From Nemertoderma westbladi (Eukaryota > Animalia > Xenacoelomorpha): 64,000 bases of DNA. The notes under the pieces are model-generated. The model had not been told where the DNA came from, made no database searches, and saw only the letters and a program-made list of their open reading frames with translations. This document shows, one piece after another, positions 1 through 12,341 of this stretch; positions within the stretch are counted from its first letter, which is position 1; every line of letters starts with the position of its first letter. The stretch lies in the NCBI GenBank assembly GCA_032718475.1, contig JAUCBJ010008062.1, positions 11,706-75,705 on the forward strand. The letters are read 5' to 3'. Both the position numbers and the translations under genes were made by a program.

Positions 1-477
1 AGCTTCTCAGCAGCATAAATATATATGCAGGAATATTTTCACTTGAGCACATCCTATTATATTATTGTAGTCGATTTTGTTGTCTGATGGTTGTATAGAT
101 TTGTTGACTTTGGTTGAGAATTCAGTAGTAAATTTATGTATACTGTACATTCAAAATATGGATATTATTTTAGCGTATTGGGGATGAATTACTGTATGAT
201 TTAAAGTTTACCAAAGGGGTTTAGAGCATACAGTACAATCCTAAAAATGGCGTAAATATCGTATGTTTAGGTTAAATTTGTTACGTCTAGTAAATCTGTG
301 AACTAAATTATTAGTCACTGTATAAAATAAAATAATCTTTTTTTATATGTTTTTAGTAAAATAAATTAATTTTTGTCGTACAGGCCCACTTCAATAAAAC
401 TACAAACTGTCTGACATCATGATTTGTTGACAATTTTAATTAATATATTTGGAAGTCACAGATAATTAATTGGAAAC

Positions 478-972
478 TTAAGGTCCAATTATTTGGAGCA
501 GCAGTAGTTCCCTCTATGGGAGCCCCAGCTGGCTCTAACTGCTGAGGACACCAAATCTCTGGATGGCACATTCACAAGAATGCTACGCCGGGTTCATTGT
601 GTCAAGTACAATGCACTGCACACATCTCCAACCAGACACTATATAACATTGGCACTATATAACAGGTGTCTCATTGGTTCCCCCAAGCTTGACACTGGAA
701 CCAAGTCGCCTCCGCTTTGCAGGACATTGCTTTCGCCGTGAGGACCAGCCAGTGCATAATCTTGTACTTTGACAGCCTCATGGAGTGTATAAGCATGGTG
801 GACAGCCCATGATTTTCTTGAGACGCATCTTAAAGGACACTGGCCTTGAAGATGCGGATGTTCTAGCAAATGTCATGGGTGATAGGGAGTTGTGGCGGCG
901 CAATTTTGTCGACAAGCCGGCACAGTATTCTTAAAAAATGCAGCAGCATGCCGATCCTAGTAGTAGTAGTAG
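478..972 (+). mobile_element. Degenerate 3' fragment of an RTE-like non-LTR retrotransposon with (TAG)n tail
   Basis: Broken frames read LKVQLFGAAV, LDGTFTRMLRRV and RLRFAGHCFR, typical of the post-RT C-terminus of RTE-like LINEs. It ends in TAGTAGTAGTAG, and a related copy lies on the minus strand at 9754-10023. Confidence 0.75.
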
Positions 973-1019
973 GCTACCCAGTATATCAAATTTAATTATA
1001 ACATTCGTTGTGCATAGCT

Positions 1020-1115
1020 TTGCAAAGTCGGCAATGAAACTAGTACTGGCGTCCAGGTGGGATCGAACTGGTGACCTCCGGATTGGAAGTCTGACGCTCT
1101 AACCATTCAGCTAGC
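1020..1115 (-). mobile_element. tRNA-derived SINE head (Gly-TCC-like)
   Basis: The reverse complement reads TAGCTGAATGGTTAGAGCG (A box), CTTCCAA loop and GTTCGATCCC (B box), followed by a non-tRNA tail TTGCCGACTTTGCA shared with the copies at 1405-1660. Confidence 0.65.
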
Positions 1116-1404
1116 AGCTCATGTAAAAGGTGGAATTGGAAATACTACCTGATACCTTATCTCCTCTATTTACCTCCTCATGGCCTCCCATCTGTCAATA
1201 CCACCATCATGCAGCCACTCTCTGTGCTCAACCCTACAGTACTTTGGCCGTCTTTAACCACTCACTACAATGAAAGGGTAGTGCATATTAACAATGAACC
1301 ATCACGGCCACAATGATTAATTATACACTCTAGCTACTAATTTAGGTAGGAGAGTTACACCCATAGAGAAATGCATATTTTGATATGGTATATTTTTATA
1401 ATTT

Positions 1405-1660
1405 ATTATTGGTGTTTTGGGTGAATGAGTGGTTTTATATTATTATAACTTTTGTTGGCCACAGATTTGCAAAGTCGGCAACGGCGTCCAGGTGGGATCG
1501 AACTGGTGACCTCCGGGTTTGAACCATTTCTCTAGCTGAATTGTTAGAGTGTCAGACATCCAACCCGGAGGCCACCTTTTCGATCTCACCTGGACGCCAT
1601 TGCCGACTTTGCATAGCTGTGCCCAACAAAGGTTATGTACCCAAAAACATCAATAATAAA
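1405..1660. mobile_element. Two tRNA-derived SINE copies fused head-to-head (imperfect palindrome)
   Basis: TTTGCAAAGTCGGCAACGGCGTCCAGGTGGGATCGAA (~1467-1502) is mirrored by TTCGATCTCACCTGGACGCCATTGCCGACTTTGCA (~1579-1613). Outer arms also match (TTTATTATTGGTGTTTTGGGT / ACCCAAAAACATCAATAATAAA). Confidence 0.65.
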
Positions 1661-2977
1661 TCCTTTTAATCAGAAATTATAAAAATTGTATAGTGTTTAA
1701 CACATTAGCGTTGACTTGTTGCGTTGATACAACCTGTCTGTGGGCGAAAATTATAATTTATATATAATAAATAGTGTCTTCTAGTGAAACAGTTAGTGTT
1801 TCCAATCAGGATGTCCCGGGTTCGATCCCTTAAAGAAGCTGTACTGTTTTAATTAAATTTATTTATTTAAATAAATACAGCAGCCTAGCCCAACCCAGAC
1901 TTTCATCCTTGACTGTTCGAGAAATGGGAACCAAACCAAGGTATCAAATAAGAACTCCGAGTGGACGGATTTACTTTGGAAGATCTCAAAAGAGTCCTCT
2001 TTACACGTTTTTACACTAGTTACTTGGTAACCCACAAAAAACAAACAAACACTTTGGGCTTCCGTCAAAGTTTACAAATATACTTGTTCTTAATGCAAAT
2101 CCCATTTCATCATTGAGATCTATATCATTTATACCGGTAGAATATTATACATTTATACAATTTCATATGAAAGACAGATGAACTACAGAAGTCTGTCTAT
2201 CTGTAAAATTTCTTAACTTTTTATAGACTACATGTGTACCAAGTTTGGTTTAATTTCATCCAAGATTGACCGACTTATTAGCGTTCAAAGATTTCCGACA
2301 ACGACGGACGGGTCCACTAATTATACCCCTACGCTAAGGCTCACCTGGACTTACGTGGCTCGCCCCACAATACTTTCAAGCGACATTCTCAAGAAATGTT
2401 ACCTACCTTGAGAAGTAAAGTGGCACAAAGGACGCTATTTTCTGTTCCTCAGAATTATTAATAAATAATATACATTATACAAGCGACGTTAACGCAAGAT
2501 TGTTATTCACAGTTGCTACAGCATCTGCTATAAATAGATTTTCAAGGCTATGTAAATATCTCCCATAAGCACACCTTTTAAACTATGAAGGTCAGTTTTT
2601 CTCATATGGCAACTCCTGTACCTGCTGTGCTCTTGCTGTAGAAGAGAGTCGAGATCCTTCGATGGTATGTTTACACCAGGATGTTTAGCAGGGAATTCTA
2701 TATCAGCATGTGATAATTTTGACTCACATTCACTGGAAAGAATCTTTTGTACCGGTATTTTTACTAGTTCAGGGGAAGATGTTTCCAGTTTGAGAGTTTT
2801 TTCGTAAACAGACTAAATGTATTATCGATGACAGTATACTCTATCTCGATGGAAAAATAGAATACACAGGTGACTTTGTTATACCTTGGCTCATGTGTCA
2901 TATCCCATCTAAAGATGTAAAGGCGAAAAAGGGAGGTCTTTAGGGGACCGAACAAACTAAGATCTAGATATCTACAG

Positions 2978-5400
2978 GGTCAGCCATCCTATATTTGGGT
3001 CAACCCATCCTATATTTGGGTCAACCCATCCTATATTTGGGTCAACCCATCCTATATTTGGGTCGACCCATCCTATATTTGGGTCAACCCATCCTATATT
3101 TGGGTCAACCCATCCTACATTATATTTGGGTCAACCCATCCTATATTTGGGTTAACCCATCCTATATTTGGGTTAACCCATCCTATATTTGGGTCAACCC
3201 ATACTATATTTGGGTCAACCCATCCTATATTTGGGTCAACCCATCCTATATTTGGGTCAACCCATCCTATATTTGGGTCAACCCATCCTATATTTGGGTC
3301 AACCCATCCTATATTTGGGTCGACCCATCCTATATTTGGGTCAACCCATCCTATATTTGGGTCAACCCATCCTACATTATATTTGGGTCAACCCATCCTA
3401 TATTTGGGTTAACCCATCCTATATTTGGGTTAACCCATCCTATATTTGGGTCAACCCATACTATATTTGGGTCAACCCATCCTATATTTGGGTCAACCCA
3501 TCCTATATTTGGGTCAACCCATCCTATATTTGAGACAACCCATCCTATATTTGGGTTAACCCATCCTATATTTGGGTCAACCCATACTATATTTGGGTCA
3601 ACCCATCCTATATTTGGGTCAACCCATCCTATATTTGGATCACCCCATCCTATATTTGGATCAACCCATCCTATATTTGGGTCAACCCATCCTATATTTG
3701 GATCAACCCATCCTATATTTGGATCAACCCATCCTATATTTTGGTCAACCCATCTTATATTTGGGTCAACCCAACCTATATTTTGGTCAACCCATCTTAT
3801 ATTTGGGTCAACCCATCCTATATTTGGGTCAACTCATCCTATATTTGGGTCAACCCATCCTATATTTGGGTCAACCCATCCTATATTTGGGTCAACCCAT
3901 CCTATATTTGGATCACCCCATCCTATATTTGGGTAAACCCATCCTATATTTGGATCAACCCATCCTATATTTGGATCAACCCATCCTATATTTGTGTCAA
4001 CCTATCCTATATTTTGGTCAACCCATCTTATATTTGGGTCAACCCAACCTATATTTTGGTCGGCCCATCTTATATTTGGGTCAACCCATCCTATATTTGG
4101 GTCAACCCATTCTATGTTTGGGTCAACCCATCCTATATTTGGGTCAACCCATCCTATATTTGGGTCAACCCATCCTATATTTGGATCACCCCATCCTATA
4201 TTTGGGTAAACCCATCCTATATTTGGATCAACCCATCCTATATTTGGATCAACCCATCCTATATTTGTGTCAACCTATCCTATATTTTGGTCAACCCATC
4301 TTATATTTGGGTCAACCCAACCTATATTTTGGTCGGCCCATCTTATATTTGGGTCAACCCATCCTATATTTGGGTCAACCCATCCTATATTTGGGTCAAC
4401 CCATCCTATATTTGGGTCAACCCATTCTATGTTTGGGTCAACCCATCCTATATTTGGGTCAACCCATCCTATATTTGGGTCAACCCATCCTATATTTGGA
4501 TCAACCCATCCTATATTTGGATCAACCCATCCTATATTTGGGTCAACCCATCCTATATTTGGGTCAACCCATCCTATATTTGGATCAACCCATCCTATAT
4601 TTGGGTCAACCCATCCTATATTTGGATCAACCCATCCTATATTTGGGTCAACCCATCCTATATTTGGGTCAACCCATCCTATATTTGGGTCAACCCATCC
4701 TATATTTGGGTCAACCCATCCTATATTTGGTCAACCCATCCTATATTTGGGTCAACCCATCTTATATTTGGGTCAACCCATCCTATATTTGGATCAACCC
4801 ATCCTATATTTGGGTCAACCCATCCTATATTTGGGTCAACCCATCCTATATTTGGATCAACCCATCCTATATTTGGGTCAACCCATCCTATGTTTGGGTG
4901 AACCCATCCTATATTTGGGTCAACCCATCCTATATTTGGGTCAACCCATCCTATATTTGGGTCAACCCATCCTATATTTGGGTCAACCCATACTATATTT
5001 GGGTCAACCCATCCTATATTTGGGTCAACCCATCCTATATTTGGGTCAACCCATCCTATATTTGGGTCAACCCATCCTATATTTGGGTCAACTCATCCTA
5101 TATTTGGATCAACCCATCCTATATTTGGGTCAACCCATCCTATGTTTGGGTGAACCCATCCTATATTTGGGTCAACCCATCCTATATTTGGATCAACCCA
5201 TCCTATATTTGGGTCAACCCATCCTATATTTGGGTCAACCCATCCTATATTTGGGTCAACCCATCCTATATTTGGGTCAACCCATCCTATATTTGGGTCA
5301 ACCCATCCTATATTTGGGTCAACCCATCCTATATTTGGGTCAACCCATCCTATATTTGGGTCAACCCATCCTATATTTGGGTCAACCCATCCTATATTTG
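2978..5400. repeat. 21-bp minisatellite, consensus TATATTTGGGTCAACCCATCC, ~115 copies
   Basis: Direct tandem repetition with variant units. The long ORFs here (GQPILYL / WVNPSYI / STHPIFG) are artefacts of the repeat. Confidence 0.98.
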
Positions 5401-5555
5401 CCTATGTTTTCTTGTGAGGTAGAACCGATCTTTGGCATACCATCGCCGAATTCAAAGACATACGGATAATGTTGACTGTTATGGCAACAGCTACACCAGT
5501 AATGAAAAAATGTGGAACCCGACCACTACTGGTATGGCAGACGGGGAAGTGTTGT

Positions 5556-5997
5556 CGGCTCGGCTCGGCTCGGCTCGGCTCGGCTCGGCTCGGCTCGGCT
5601 CGGCTCGGCTCGGCTCGGCTCGGCTCGGCTCGGCTCGGCTCGGCTCGGCTCGGCTCGGCTCGGCTCGGCTCGGCTCGGCTCGGCTCGGCTCGGCTCGGCT
5701 CGGCTCGGCTCGGCTCGGCTCGGCTCGGCTCGGCTCGGCTCGGCTCGGCTCGGCTCGGCTCGGCTCGGCTCGGCTCGGCTCGGCTCGGCTCGGCTCGGCT
5801 CGGCTCGGCTCGGCTCGGCTCGGCTCGGCTCGGCTCGGCTCGGCTCGGCTCGGCTCGGCTCGGCTCGGCTCGGCTCGGCTCGGCTCGGCTCGGCTCGGCT
5901 CGGCTCGGCTCGGCTCGGCTCGGCTCGGCTCGGCTCGGCTCGGCTCGGCTCGGCTCGGCTCGGCTCGGCTCGGCTCGGCTCGGCTCGGATCGGATCG
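5556..5997. repeat. (CGGCT)n microsatellite, 86 perfect copies plus 2 CGGAT
   Basis: Seen directly; the perfect run spans 5556-5985. Confidence 0.98.
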
Positions 5998-8367
5998 GCC
6001 GTCATCCCATTATTCATCAATAATACCACATTATACACGACCATTAATCTCAATTTTCCTTTTGAATATCACAGTCATGCATGACTTTCCTTTCCGGAAA
6101 CAATTCATTGAGCCGGCGCCATGTACAACGTATTAAATAAATCCGAGGTCAGCCTTCACAAATATCAAATCATATTTTAAGTTATAAATCTTACTGCAAA
6201 AGGGAAGCTGTATTAATACAATAGCCGCTGACATAATGGGAGCGTGGCAATTTTCCCTGATTCCCTATATGATTTTATTAGATTTATTAAGTTGAGGCGA
6301 AGAGACTGTCACGGGTGGCAGTGATGGATGCAATGCAATTTGCTGCCTTCTCTTCGCCTCTAATTGACTGACAAATCAATTGTTGGAGGAACTGTCAGTT
6401 CAATTGATTTTTGAACGAACTAATAAAGAAACTGAAGGTTTGATGCTGCTGCAATAAATAGTTTATGCTCAAGGACTAAAGTATGCTCGAAAAAATAGTT
6501 TATTCGCATCAACCATGCCATTGAACTCGCGATGCGCATGCGCGGTCTAATTGTCATCTGATGATTTTCGTATAATTATAGCCATTATCGATTCTTATCT
6601 CCAGACTTGGTCCCAACAACCATTCCTTTTCTAATGCCGCATTTCAACGTGGGACTGAGTGATACTATTATAATGGTATGTTAATTGTAACTGTTAGGGG
6701 TAGGCCTACATGTGCTGTACACATGGCTTACATGAACTTTTATAAAATATATTTAATAAAATTAAACAAGCATTTATTTTCGCGCATAAATTTATCGCTT
6801 CATTCATAATAGCGCACCGGGCAGGTTGTCTCCCACATATAACTTTACCGTATTATTGTTGATCAAGAATTAGATTGATCTGTATAATACAGTGAAAGAA
6901 GGTGATATTTCGCCAACTAGATTTCTTTCTCAAATTGATCTAACATTCATCCTAAAGTTGGATACTTTAAATGTTCAGTAGTAATTGCACAATCAGCTCA
7001 TAAATTCTGAATTAAAGGTTGCTCATAATGTTGATCATAAAATCTTGCAACAGTAGGCCTTAGGACAGAAGTTCAACTGGGACATGGCTATGATTCCTCA
7101 TTTTGTAATCTTTTTGCAACAGGATAAAGCCAAATCCCTTTTGCCGTTTCTAAATTGGAATAAGAATTGATATTTCCCTTATTTGTATTTATGTATATAG
7201 TCATTTTGTCTCGATTGTATACTAACTAAGGGATTTAATTTAATTGCCTCAGTTTCAAGCCCCAGATTAATTAAGTCTATTTAAACATCATCAATATCAT
7301 TTTAAATTTGCCGCGCTTTTTCCTAACTTTTTGATCTATTAACCATATAGCAATGTGACAGTGTTTCTTATGCTGAATTATGCGAATGGAAGAAAGAAAT
7401 AAAACTTTGTTCTTTAAAAAAGTGAGTATAACCATTAATTTTGTATAGTTAATTAATTTTGACGGGGAAACACACATTTAATTACACTTACTGTATATTC
7501 GGATTTGGAAATTCTTGTAACATTCTTAATTTTATATGTATGCCTACAGTTGTTATACTTGTAAGTAATTTTATATGGGACTGACTGTGGCCTACTGTTG
7601 TAATTGTTGTACTGTATAGCGCTGGTTCAGCCCGCAGTTACGTCCTTTCTTATTCTTACTTTCGAGCAAAATGCTATTAAAGGAATACTTATTAAAGTTT
7701 ATAAGTTATAATTATGGTTCTTGGATATCAAGACAATAGGAAACACAAGCACTTGCATTTTATGAGAAGCCGAAATAGAAAGAATATTATTTCACATAAT
7801 TATAAACCATAACACTATACATTACAATCATACAATAATTAATTGGTTTCGACTGTAGTGACAGGTGTTTCCCATTCCATCACTAATTGGATTCTTTCGC
7901 GTTTTTAAATTAATAAAGTTATCTCTTCACCCCCTTCAGCGCGGCCTGTCCACCCATCCATCTATCTATCTATAAGCGATCAATATTATTGCGTTGCCCT
8001 ACAAACTGTCGTGCTAAAGAGTAACCAAATTGATGCATCTATACATGGAAACACGTCCAATCATTAACAGAACTATCCACTCATTTAAATACACTATTAA
8101 TCAATTCTCTCACAGACAGTGCTAGCTTCAACACTCCCTGTAGTTCCCAGAAACTGGACCTTTATTTGCATTAGCAACATTGATTTTGAGGATCCCAGTT
8201 GGGTTATAAATTACGAATCAGCAGGGATTCCAAAACCTACACTAACATTGATTGAAGGACTACTGGCTGTGGTACAGCCTACATTAATTACACTGTAATT
8301 TAACCACGGCATCCCATTCCAAGTCCATGTTCACTGTTCACGCTTGTCTTCACTTTGTCTCCCGCAG

Positions 8368-8467
8368 ATTGAGGACATTGTCTTGGCGATGCAAGATGAG
8401 CGAACCGGTGTCCCTATTAAAACGCAGCGGGCGTTCCTAGGAGCCACTATACCCAGCATATTTACAG
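8368..8467 (+). CDS. Internal exon of an R7-family regulator of G-protein signalling (RGS6/7/9/11-like), start of the DEP domain
   Basis: Pyrimidine-rich acceptor ctttgtctcccgcag and donor G|gtaaga bound a 100-bp exon encoding IEDIVLAMQDERTGVPIKTQRAFLGATIPSIFTG. This closely resembles RGS7 [33 protein letters not shown] as recalled. Confidence 0.85.
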
Positions 8468-9299
8468 GTAAGAGCATCACTTACTGTGTGTTATTGCCGG
8501 TGCTGCTGACACAAATTGATATATAGCTTGAAAATTATTCATTGGTGAAAGTTGTATTGCTTGTACAAGGGAATGTAGTAGTAATAGATGTGAAGATGAT
8601 ATCTCTTGTTAATGTGTACTTTGCACCAATGATGTCCTGTCGTAGTTTTGGCAGTTTTTTCATTCAGTTTTTTTTCATTTATATAGAGTATTTCAGCAAT
8701 GTTTGAAGAGGAATAACAATCACCAGTATCAATGTTAATATCTGTATTTTTGAATCGCCCCTGTCGGGTTGTGAATTCTCAAGGGGTTAAGGTGTCCTGA
8801 CTTGACTGAAAGTAAGTGTGCGGTTGAAGAACTGGCAATTAGGATAGAGTGGCTGGCACTCACAAAATCAATGAATTAGATTGAAATCGTGAAAATTGCC
8901 TCTTATCTAGCAAAATCAACCTTGAAATACTAATTAAGACGAGATAGGAGAGACCATATCGCAAGAAGCCCCCCATGGTACCACTGCTAACTATCGAAAT
9001 TTGTGAGCGTGATACGAGGTGAAAAGCCAAGAGTGAGAGGCCTCAGGGTCGCTTCAGCCTCGGGTTTAATATGCACTCAGTTGACGCAGAGGTGGGGTGG
9101 GTATTCCTAGTATTTCTGCAACACCACAAGAACTGGTACAGAGCTCATGTTTCACTCATGAATGGAAAAGTCCAAGAAGGTACACAACTGGTCTGGTTTA
9201 CAGATCATGACAGCTGATTGATGACAGATCATGCTTTCCCCTTTGTGGATGAAGAGATCTTTTACTAAACTAATTATATCCATGACTCCACATATCTGA

Positions 9300-10150
9300 A
9301 ATGTTCTAATGATCTATACATCCATACAAAGAAATAATGTTATTTTTTAAGCAGCTTATTATAAGTTGTATAACTGCTTTTAAACTCCCTATAATATCTC
9401 CGATATATGTCATCACCATATCAGCATCAAATCTGTTACTTATTATTCTTCCTGTGATTATCTGCGATATTGAGGATATATTTTCACCATCTCCGAATTG
9501 TGGATGCTGATGATGTTGGAAGAATATTGTCCACAACGATATTGAAGATAGAATGATTGGGCTAGTAACGTCACCCTCTGACGGACAAAATAATATTTCA
9601 AATGAGTATATAATTGTAAACCAGTCAGGAGTATCACAATATGCCCTAAAACAGAATAAGTTAACCTTCACTGGGACTGGAACCAGGAGCTTTGTCTTCA
9701 ATAATCATGGAGCGACTTTCTCCAGATGCATTTACACGAGAATGGAGTGTATACTACTACTACTAGGATCGGCATGCTGCATTGCTGCTGCATTTTTAAG
9801 AATGCTGTGCCGGCTTGTCGACAAAATTGCGCCGCCACAACTCCCTATCACCCATGACATTTGCTAGATCATCCGCATCTTCAAGGCTAGTGTCCTTTAA
9901 GATGCGTCTCAAGAACGTCATGGGCTGTCCACCATGCTTATTCACTCCATGAGGCTGCCAAAGTACAAGATTATGCACTGGCTGGTCCTCACGGCGAAAG
10001 CAATGTCCTGCAAAGCGGAGTGTATGGAGTGTATAACTGAGGTTGGAATCCATATTGAACACCTTAGACGGAACCATTCCATGTTGCATGATCTATCCGG
10101 TTCATTATCATACAGTAGCCTTGAACATATGGCATATGGGGTGTCATAGA
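9300..10150 (-). pseudogene. Highly degraded non-LTR reverse transcriptase remnant, interrupted by a younger insertion
   Basis: The reverse strand near 9520-9590 reads VRQ-GDVTSPII-IFNIVVDNI across frameshifts (RT motif GVRQGxxxSPxxFNxxxD), followed by an FDAD-like relic of YADD. Boundaries are approximate. Confidence 0.55.
9754..10023 (-). mobile_element. 5'-truncated RTE-like LINE copy (270 bp) with 12-bp target-site duplication
   Basis: It matches ~700-972 in reverse and has a (TAG)n tail at the low-coordinate end. ATGGAGTGTATA flanks it at 9742-9753 and 10024-10035. Confidence 0.85.
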
Positions 10151-10631
10151 GTGCGTGCCCGGTGAGCAATATGAGTCAGGCGGCGGTGACTCAGCCAGGA
10201 TCTTACAGTTGGTTATTATCTTACACTTACACATAATATACACTAACAAAAATGTTGATAAACATACTACTGTATAATGTTCCGAAAATAAGCTTTCAAT
10301 GTGGGCCCAATTGCACATCTTTCGTGAACATTTAATTGCTAGAAATGATGTTTAAAAATTATACATAATTTAAACTAAGAAAAAAATGGCCTTCGGGTAT
10401 CTGAAAGCCTATCTCTATCACAAAGCTTATAATGAATGGATAAATGGATTTGAATAAAATGAATGAGATTAAGTTACTCGAGATCATTGCATTTCCAACA
10501 TTGCGTTTGCATTAATGATATATCGAATTAGCTAAACAGTGATACTATTAATAGCTCACGGATACTCTTTGTGCTTATCCTTTATCAAAAAATTTGATGA
10601 ATCAAGTAAAATAAGAATCAGATAACCTAAG

Positions 10632-11186
10632 TCAAAGCTTTATAATGACGTACCCTGTCTGATCGGCGACCCACTGACCAACCCCGGTCTTGACGATCTG
10701 GAGAATCGGAAACAACAGGGGCGCGAGTTCCTGACTTGCCGACGAGTTTATTCGGAGTTGGAAAGGGAATCGGTGCGGGAAACTAAACGGAGGGGGGAGC
10801 GGGAGAAACGGGTGGCTGAGATCAAGTTGGAGAAGGAAAGGGAACGCATGGAGGTGGAGAAGAGCATGTGGAATGGGAGTAGAGAGGGGAGGGTTGGGAG
10901 TAGAGAGGGGAGGGTTGGGAGACGGGAGGATAACGCTGCTGATACAGCCGAGATGGAGGCTGAAAGGAAACGTCGGGAGATGCGACGATATCTCACGGCT
11001 CTACAACATCTACTGAAGGAGCGACTGTTCTATAGGTACCCAGGGCTACCGTCGCTATGCAACTGTTCTAGAACGATGTGGGAAGCCAATCCGGATAGGT
11101 GCGCCAATAACTGTGTCTTTTACAAGAATCACAAAGGCTTCGCTAGAGCCCTGGAGAGTCTTATACATTCTTATGGGAAGTCGTAG
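10632..11186 (+). CDS. CCDC15: CCDC15-like coiled-coil protein, 3' terminal coding region (5' boundary uncertain)
   Basis: The C-terminus LPSLCNC..WEANPDRCANNCVFYKNHKGFARAL matches the CCDC15 signature. The frame stays open upstream of the listed ORF (ENRKQQGREFLTCRRVYSELERE) back to an in-frame TAA at 10623-10625. Confidence 0.8.
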   Translation, partial: SKLYNDVPCLIGDPLTNPGLDDLENRKQQGREFLTCRRVYSELERESVRETKRRGEREKRVAEIKLEKERERMEVEKSMWNGSREGRVGSREGRVGRREDNAADTAEMEAERKRREMRRYLTALQHLLKERLFYRYPGLPSLCNCSRTMWEANPDRCANNCVFYKNHKGFARALESLIHSYGKS

Positions 11187-11690
11187 CCCTTGCTATTATA
11201 ACTGTCTTCTAGATTTGTTGGTATTTATGTTATTATATTAACTATAATTATTTGTAATACTTAATTTCATCTGTATGTCTTATATTTTATTTTTCTTAGT
11301 TATTTCGTAATCTTCTTACTTTATTGTGTTGTATGTATTATTCATAAAATGTTTATATTTTCTGTCTTTTATTTTTTGATAATAATAATAATATTTATTT
11401 TTGGTTGAGTTTATACTTTATACTAAGTAGATTAATATAGTAAATGACTTTTATAAAATATATCCTAAACTGATTTAGTTGAATGTTGTAAAGTTGAGTT
11501 TCAGCCGAGAGTTAATGTAATTTTTTGTATATTTATATTGAATGAAATTGATATGGAGGTAAAGCTGATGATGGTGTGAATTTGTCCTAATTTAGGATTC
11601 AACTCAAGTGAGTGGCCTATTTTATCAACAATATTTTTAGTTTAAAAAATGTTTTTTATCACTCTATATGTGTACCGCTCGTAAAAGACA

Positions 11691-12341
11691 ATGAGTAATT
11701 GCTTTTACCATCTGTTTGAACCCAGTACCATTATCATCAACCTTGGTCTCATAGCCGTTTGCCAAATACTGGAGAAGATTGTTCGGATTCCATTTCTTTA
11801 CACAAAACCGTGGTGCTTCGCTCTGTTAGATAATATTAACCACCAAATAGTTGCGGCGACCACCTGGACTGCCGTTCAGTCGCTGCTGAGCAAAGGCGTT
11901 ATCATAAACTGTTGGATATCGGCTATTATTGCTGGAGTTATTGATGTAGATCACTTCCTATTGGCTAAATCCTTGAACCTGTACGACGCGGTTCACCTGG
12001 AAACAAGACCACCGTTCCACATCACCACGTTCCTACCATTAGTGGTGTGTTTCCTATGGTTACTAATACGATGGTTACAACTAAACAGAAGGTTACACAT
12101 AATGTATTTGCCCTATATTATACTAACCAGCACCCTAACTCACCATCTAACTGACAGCACTCGTCGCGGGTTGTACTTTTGGCCCTTTGGTAGCTCTAAA
12201 CCCCTGCCTTATAACTTATATATCGCTTTGGTTGCTTTAACTCCCTTTTGTATGAGAACTATAATATATTTTATCGAGGACCCCGTTGTTAGTGACAAGG
12301 ACAACCCAGATGCGGATGAAGGAATTTCACTCGAAGTTTAA
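11691..12341 (+). CDS. TMEM267: Transmembrane protein 267, intronless, 216 aa
   Basis: Motifs DNINHQIVA, IDVDHFLLAKSL..DAV.L..RPPFH and HHLTDSTRRGLYFWPFG. AATAAA at 12364. Confidence 0.9.
   Translation: MSNCFYHLFEPSTIIINLGLIAVCQILEKIVRIPFLYTKPWCFALLDNINHQIVAATTWTAVQSLLSKGVIINCWISAIIAGVIDVDHFLLAKSLNLYDAVHLETRPPFHITTFLPLVVCFLWLLIRWLQLNRRLHIMYLPYIILTSTLTHHLTDSTRRGLYFWPFGSSKPLPYNLYIALVALTPFCMRTIIYFIEDPVVSDKDNPDADEGISLEV

Noticed and set aside
1048-1115. Functional tRNA-Gly gene (also candidates at ~1775-1830, ~34300 and ~47600)
   Set aside because: The stems are mismatched and shared non-tRNA tails are present, so SINE heads are the better explanation.
2483-2812. ~110-codon open frame on the minus strand after a TTTAG
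   Set aside because: No recognisable homology and no partner exon; cannot be supported by eye.
2995-5469. Long ORFs (up to 616 aa) of heptad repeats
   Set aside because: They are by-products of a stop-free 21-bp satellite, and indels switch frames freely.
5432-6136. SARLG / AEPSR repeat proteins
   Set aside because: These are translations of the (CGGCT)n microsatellite.
6535-6544. GCGCATGCGC NRF1-like site as a promoter
   Set aside because: It is a single motif with no linked gene start.
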